Shown: positions 57,914 to 64,000 of the stretch, in pieces | Position numbering within the stretch: the stretch's first letter is position 1 | Layout of the letters: the number at the start of each line of letters is the position of its first letter | From: the human T2T-CHM13v2.0 reference genome, Homo sapiens | DNA: 64,000 bases | Assembly (NCBI RefSeq): GCF_009914755.1 | Contig: NC_060926.1 | Reading direction: 5' to 3' (one strand) | Made by a program: the position numbers and the translations under genes | Notes under the pieces: model-generated | The model's database searches: none | What the model saw: only the letters and a program-made list of their open reading frames with translations | What the model was told of the DNA's origin: nothing

Positions 57914-60900
57914 CATATGAAAAAGTATACATAATGTCTATTTTGGGGGTTCTCTGCCTCATAGTGCTCTGTTTCTATGGCTGGTATGCACTTATCTTGA
58001 TATAGTCAGTTTGATTCTGCCTGCCTTGTCCAATAATGCATAAGCTCTTTCAGGGCAAGAACCATCTGTTATTTATCTTTGCACTCTTAATGCTTAAACA
58101 CAGAGTAGATGTTTGATATATCTTTGCTCAACTTGCCTCCTAAAGAGGAAATGTGTGGTATGAGAAAGGAGTGGGTAAGAATTCTGCTTGACAAAAACTT
58201 TACTTCCCACAACTCATGCAGAAATGTTTTCAAAATTTCAACATTAAATATGCTCTTTGCTGACTGCTTTTTGTCAACACCCTTTGCCAGATTGAGGACA
58301 TCCACCTTTTGCTCTCTGTTTCTTGACAGTGGTGACCCTGAGGGCTTGACATTTGCATACCAGAAACCTCCTTGGCTTCAACATTTGCTCACATCCCTGA
58401 CAACAGAGTTTCTGGGGCATGGTACTCACACTGTAAATTGCACAGACAGAATTGAAGTAAAAATCTCCCAACTATTTCTGATAATGAAGAGGGTTCTGAA
58501 AGCCTACCAAAGCCTCTATAATTATCTCAAGTGAAACCTTCTTATTAAACTTTAAGCTCTTTTCATTTTGGTTATTGTCATTTACGTGAAATGGGTGAAT
58601 GGGAACGAAGCCTGGGAAAATTATGAAGTTGTTAAGCCTGTTTATGTTCATTCAGCTCAGAGTTTGAGCTTAAAAAGTGGAGTGTGTGTAGGGGAGGCAA
58701 TCAACGCATCTTTATGAATGAAATCCAATAGTTATTAACAGATGCTGTAGCTTATTTTCCTTTGGCTGAAAAAAAAGGAGAAGGGTCAGTGTTAGGCAAT
58801 ATATTTTCTGTCTTATTTCATGGTAGACAACTTTGAAATATTTAATATGTTTATCAACATTTTTAGATATGCAAAAGAAGAAATTATTTGGCTCTTTTCT
58901 TATACAAGGATACTAAGCTATATTAAGCAATGTAAACATTTCTGCTTGTAGGGATTGGTCTCCAGTGGTTGGTTGTCAACCTCATGTAGAGCCTTCTCTT
59001 AGGTCCAGCAGCCCCCTTTTTTAGGGGTGTCTCAGCCAGAGGCACTTTGCCATGAAGGCGGGAGAGGCGTGGACGAACAGCAGCCTTGGCATGCCAAGTG
59101 GTGATACCTGCTCATCCATCATTTCATTTAGACAAATGAAAGATTACAGCCCTATGAGAAAAGGCAGTCACAGCCACACAATGCTTTGTGCACAAAGTAA
59201 ATTGCTAGTTTCCTGTGATCTTTCTGACAAGTAAATTACTGCAGAAAATAACATAGATGGGAATACAATGACAAAAATGCAGAGACTTGGTCGTTCAAAG
59301 GAGTTATTGGACCTCTGACACAACCATTTCTAAAGAACCTTAGACCCTCTTTTCAATGGAAAGAGGATTTTCCTCCATCTTTCTATAGTGTATTTTGAAG
59401 AGAAATAATATATGATGGGCAGGGTAAGAAGTGGAATTCTCAGTAATCAAATATCATTTTTTCATGATAGGAAGATATTAAAATTATGCATAAAGAGAAG
59501 AGCTTGCTTTGGGGATTGCTGTGCCTGTGATCATTCTAGCTTGGCACTGAAGATCACAGTGATGCAGTCTATTTTGCATAAAAGATAGCTTCTGAGAGGT
59601 CTTTTTATATCTTAACAATCCTAGTTCTTCATATTTTTATTCAATCATAAAATAGGAGTTCTTATTTTGTTTTTTTAACAAATAAGAAGAAATTCCTTTC
59701 ATTAGAATTCATTTCCCTTTGCCTATTCCAAGCCTAAACTCTCAAACGTCTTCTAAAGACTGTATGAATCCCCGAGGCAGAAAAATAAAAGCTTTATTAG
59801 CAAAGTCAAGTGGAGCTGAGGAGGGAAGGGTACTGAAGATAACAGAGGTAATAATCTAATCACAAATATCATAAATTTCTGAGCTTCAGATTCCTCAGAG
59901 ATGTCTCAAAGTTGACAGACTTCATAAAATTGTAGAGTCAAATAGGATTTTTAGCAAGACTCAGTGACATGAAATGGTCTATTCAGTACCTAAGACACTG
60001 CACCGTGAAGCTGACACTAGAATCCTGATGTTGCAGACTGTAGAGCTTTCTACTACTAAAGTAGGGATTTCTTCCAGAATTCTTACAGCAGGGTGCTGTC
60101 AGGAGGAGAGCACTTAGTAGGGAGACCCAATCCTCCAATTGATAATTGGTTGTATGTCTTAGGCAAGAGACATAAACTCTTCGTGCATCGTGTGGAAGAT
60201 GAGGGTGTGGGATGGGATTAGGCATTCTCAAGTGGCAGCACAGGGAGGGTGTACTTAAATAGCATATCTTCAAGACCCATGTCATAATTTTATACTTAAG
60301 ACGATAGCCTACAGAATAAAAACCGTAGTGAGCAGAATGCAGTGAAATCAGCTAATGAAGCATATATTAAATGCACTGAAAAACACAGGAATAAAATGCC
60401 AAAATATTTCCCAGAGCTGATAGCCTTGGTGGTCCCTAATGACGGATGCTAATTCCTTCTTGTTCATACATTGTTGCCTTAGTCTCTACTTCCTCATCAT
60501 TGTTGGTTTGTTACTGCATCAAGTCCCCTTCCAGGGTCTTGGGAAAACTGTCCTGTGAGCACAAAATCATTGGCAGATTTTAAGATGCCAAACATATCAC
60601 TTCTTGCATTGTATTTAAACACTATTATTTAAATTCAGTTCAACAAACATCTTTGTATCCTTACTGTGTAAGTAAGACTTTGTTCCTGCCTTTGGGGGCT
60701 TTGTGCAGAAGATAGTCAGACTATCAAAAAATGACCTTTGGGGCTACACTGAGCTTTCGGTCTTCTGTCTCTTTGTCAGCTTTATCCTAAATAATCCCAC
60801 ACTCTGAGGCATTTGGGGGAATGCACATACATAGTAAGGAGAGAGGCTCTCTTCCTTTGAAAGAGCAAGCAGAATGGACATTCCTGAAAAGATTATATTC

Positions 60901-61109
60901 TTTGTAGTACGCTTTCCTGCAAACTGTTCATTTGAGGAGCAGAGGAATCTAGTGCTTACTTTATTAAAATGAAGTTTTGCTATCTGATTTGGTTGAGTAA
61001 ATATCGACACCTGATTCTAAGGTGGAGAACTTATAATTTTCATTTCCAACAAATCCTCAAGTAATGCTGATATTGCTGCTGCAGGACCACATTGGAGAGC
61101 TCTAGACAA

Positions 61110-62120
61110 GCAATATACAAACTGAGATGTATGTACACGCAGGGATACATAAAAACGTATCCAGGGGTACCCAGGAGTAGATAGAGGCACTGAGAGCACT
61201 TTCCAGATCCTCAATTTCTATGTTATTATTTCCTAATTAATAAAATAATCCATCTGAGAATTTAGCCATGGCTTTACACTCCCACCTCCCTTTCTGCGAT
61301 TGATTATTTTCTCCCACTTTGCACAAGAGAAGCATAACCCTCCCCATGAGGAAAAAGTTTGAAGAATTGAGTGAGAATGCTATTAAAAAATTCCTTCCAT
61401 TTGTATCTACTTATTTATGTGAATAAGGCTTCTTAGTGCCTCTTTTTAAACAAAATAGCAATAGTAGTAAGGCTGAAATCTGTCTTACTCTAGCAGCAAG
61501 TAATATTTATTTATGGATCTATGAATCCATTAACAAAATAAAAGTTACACTCCTCATTAAGTAATATAGTTCAGTAAAATTTTCCTCCTTATAACTATGT
61601 GTTCAGTATTTTAACATATTTATTGCGTTTTGATTAACTGTGTATAAAAATGCTTATAATAATAACTAAACACAGAAGAAAAAATGTTCACACTTAAGGC
61701 CTGTAGTTACAGAAAATAAATAGAAAAATTTAACGTATATAAATATTATTGCAGCATATAAATAGGATAAGAGTATGAGTGAAAACTTTCAAAGATGAAT
61801 ATATCAGGATAGAATACTGAGAGAAAGGAAAATGAAAATATCAGGTCATGGAAAATAAAACAATGTATAATTTCACACTGTTTAAGAAGTCATTCGTACA
61901 CTTTTAAAGCAACAGTGGTTATCAACTCACTATGGTATTTTGATTCTTTACCTACATTTAAGGTTTTTATGTTAAAATGTCCTGGTTTACAGTATGAGAG
62001 AAATTACAGTTTTTGTTACTTCTTAAGATTTTAAAACTTGTCTACTTAAAACGTGTTGTTTTACATCTTTTTTTCATAATTTTTTTCGGGGGTACTTCAA
62101 CAAAAATTTGAAGACTACTG
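61110..62120 (+). mobile_element. Ancient hAT-Charlie element (same family as 17060-18410)
   Basis: caggggtac / gggggtac sub-terminal motifs, ttccttccatttgtatctacttatttatgtgaataaggcttc (FLPFVSTYLCE*GF), tttgaagactactg terminus. Confidence 0.7.
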
Positions 62121-62690
62121 CTTGTGATGGTACTTGTAGCCAGGAGAGACTGTTTTTCTACTCAGGTAATTATCAACTGTTTATTTTATTAACTTTCAAA
62201 ATGTATTATAGTTAACTCCAGGGTGGAGGCCATCAAGGACCTTCAGGGACTATGAAGTACAGTTCAAAATGTGGCCTCCTCCCCCAACTGACATTGTAAA
62301 GCCCCCTTGCACAAGTTTCCATTCCCTCCTCCATAGGTATATGAGAAATGGGAGAAGAGCCAGCTGTCTTTGCTTTTTTCTGCTATCTCTGCCCTCCTCT
62401 ATTTCCCCATTTATGATTGCTATGTGTCAGTTCCGCCAGATGCCATCACATTCCGTTTTCCCAAGATTTGTGAAAACTTGTCTCTGATTGGCTTAAAAAC
62501 TCTACTGGCTTAAAAAACTCTCTTGACTTCCAAGCTGTGCTTGAGTGTCTGACGGCATTTCTCTGGGCCTCTTTCTTTATCATTAACACCAGTTACCTCA
62601 CCACAGGGAAGCTTGCTGGGCGTACAATGTAGGGTCAGAGGTATGGGCAGCTTTACCTGGTATAATCAATTTGTAATGTAAAACATCTTG

Positions 62691-63097
<407 letters not shown>

Positions 63098-63220
63098 TTA
63101 GCAAAATTAAAACTTTTGTGTTTCAAAAAATGACTTAGTATGAAAATGCATTTTAATTGATAGATATGACTATGTAAAAACTTCAAAACACTCTATGTTC
63201 AAGAAAACCATTAAGAAAAT

Positions 63221-63511
<291 letters not shown>

Positions 63512-63569
63512 TCATGTGTATCAAAATAAAAGGTTAATTTATTGTTTCTTTATGCCAATATACTTTTCT

Positions 63570-64000
63570 TCTTTTATTGTATATATTTCAGGTTTATAAC
63601 ATGATATTTTGATATACATATACATGGTGAAATGATTACCACAGTCAAGTAAATTAACATATCCATCATCTCTTATCTTTTTTATATAGTAAGAGTACCG
63701 AAAATCTACTCGCTTGGTAAATTACCAGTAAATGAGACAATATTATTAATGATAGTCATCATATTGTACATCAGATCTCCGTGCATTTATCCTAGAGAAC
63801 TGCAACTTTGTACCCTCTGAATTACTTTTTCCCATTTCCCCAGCTCTCTTGGCACCCCCTCCACCATTCTACTCTCTATTTCTTCCATTTGAGGCATTTT
63901 TTTTTCTATTTTGTTTTGTTTTGTTTTTAAAGTCCACATATAAGTGAAATCATACAGTACTTTTCTTTCTGTATCTGTCTTATTTCACTTAGCCTAATAC
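63570..64000 (-). mobile_element. L1MA-like 3' end (runs off the window)
   Basis: tacatggtgaaatgattaccacagtcaag...aaaatctactc...actgcaactttgtaccct...ccacatataagtgaaatcatacagta. Confidence 0.85.

Noticed and set aside
58109-58534. 141-aa ATG-initiated ORF
   Set aside because: No recognisable homology or promoter context; length is within chance expectation for six frames of 64 kb.

Overview
AT-rich, CpG-poor primate DNA (human or a close ape, judged from AluY/AluS, MER41 and L1PB content). I find no credible host protein-coding exon, CpG island or intact RNA gene, so the window reads as intergenic or deep-intronic sequence dominated by fossil transposable elements. These include a near-full-length Tigger1, a truncated ERVL provirus (LTR16-type LTR, tRNA-Leu PBS, gag remnant), MaLR and ERV1 solo LTRs with target-site duplications (TSDs), ten Alus, hAT/Charlie elements, and a ~7.6 kb full-length L1PB nested inside a Charlie1a. 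The most unusual structure is a single insertion in an MLT1B LTR: a tRNA-Glu(CTC) copy lacking CCA, a 57-nt trailer ending at its first T4 run, and a full-length Alu joined directly to it, i.e. a candidate pre-tRNA/Alu chimeric retrocopy. Also notable are a ~270 bp copy of this Tigger1's own interior placed just outside its 5' TIR, and a repeat-free POU-octamer/homeodomain motif cluster near 42.8-43.1 kb. Subfamily names come from recalled consensus sequences rather than a database search, and boundaries of old elements are approximate. I do not see evidence for a new gene system.
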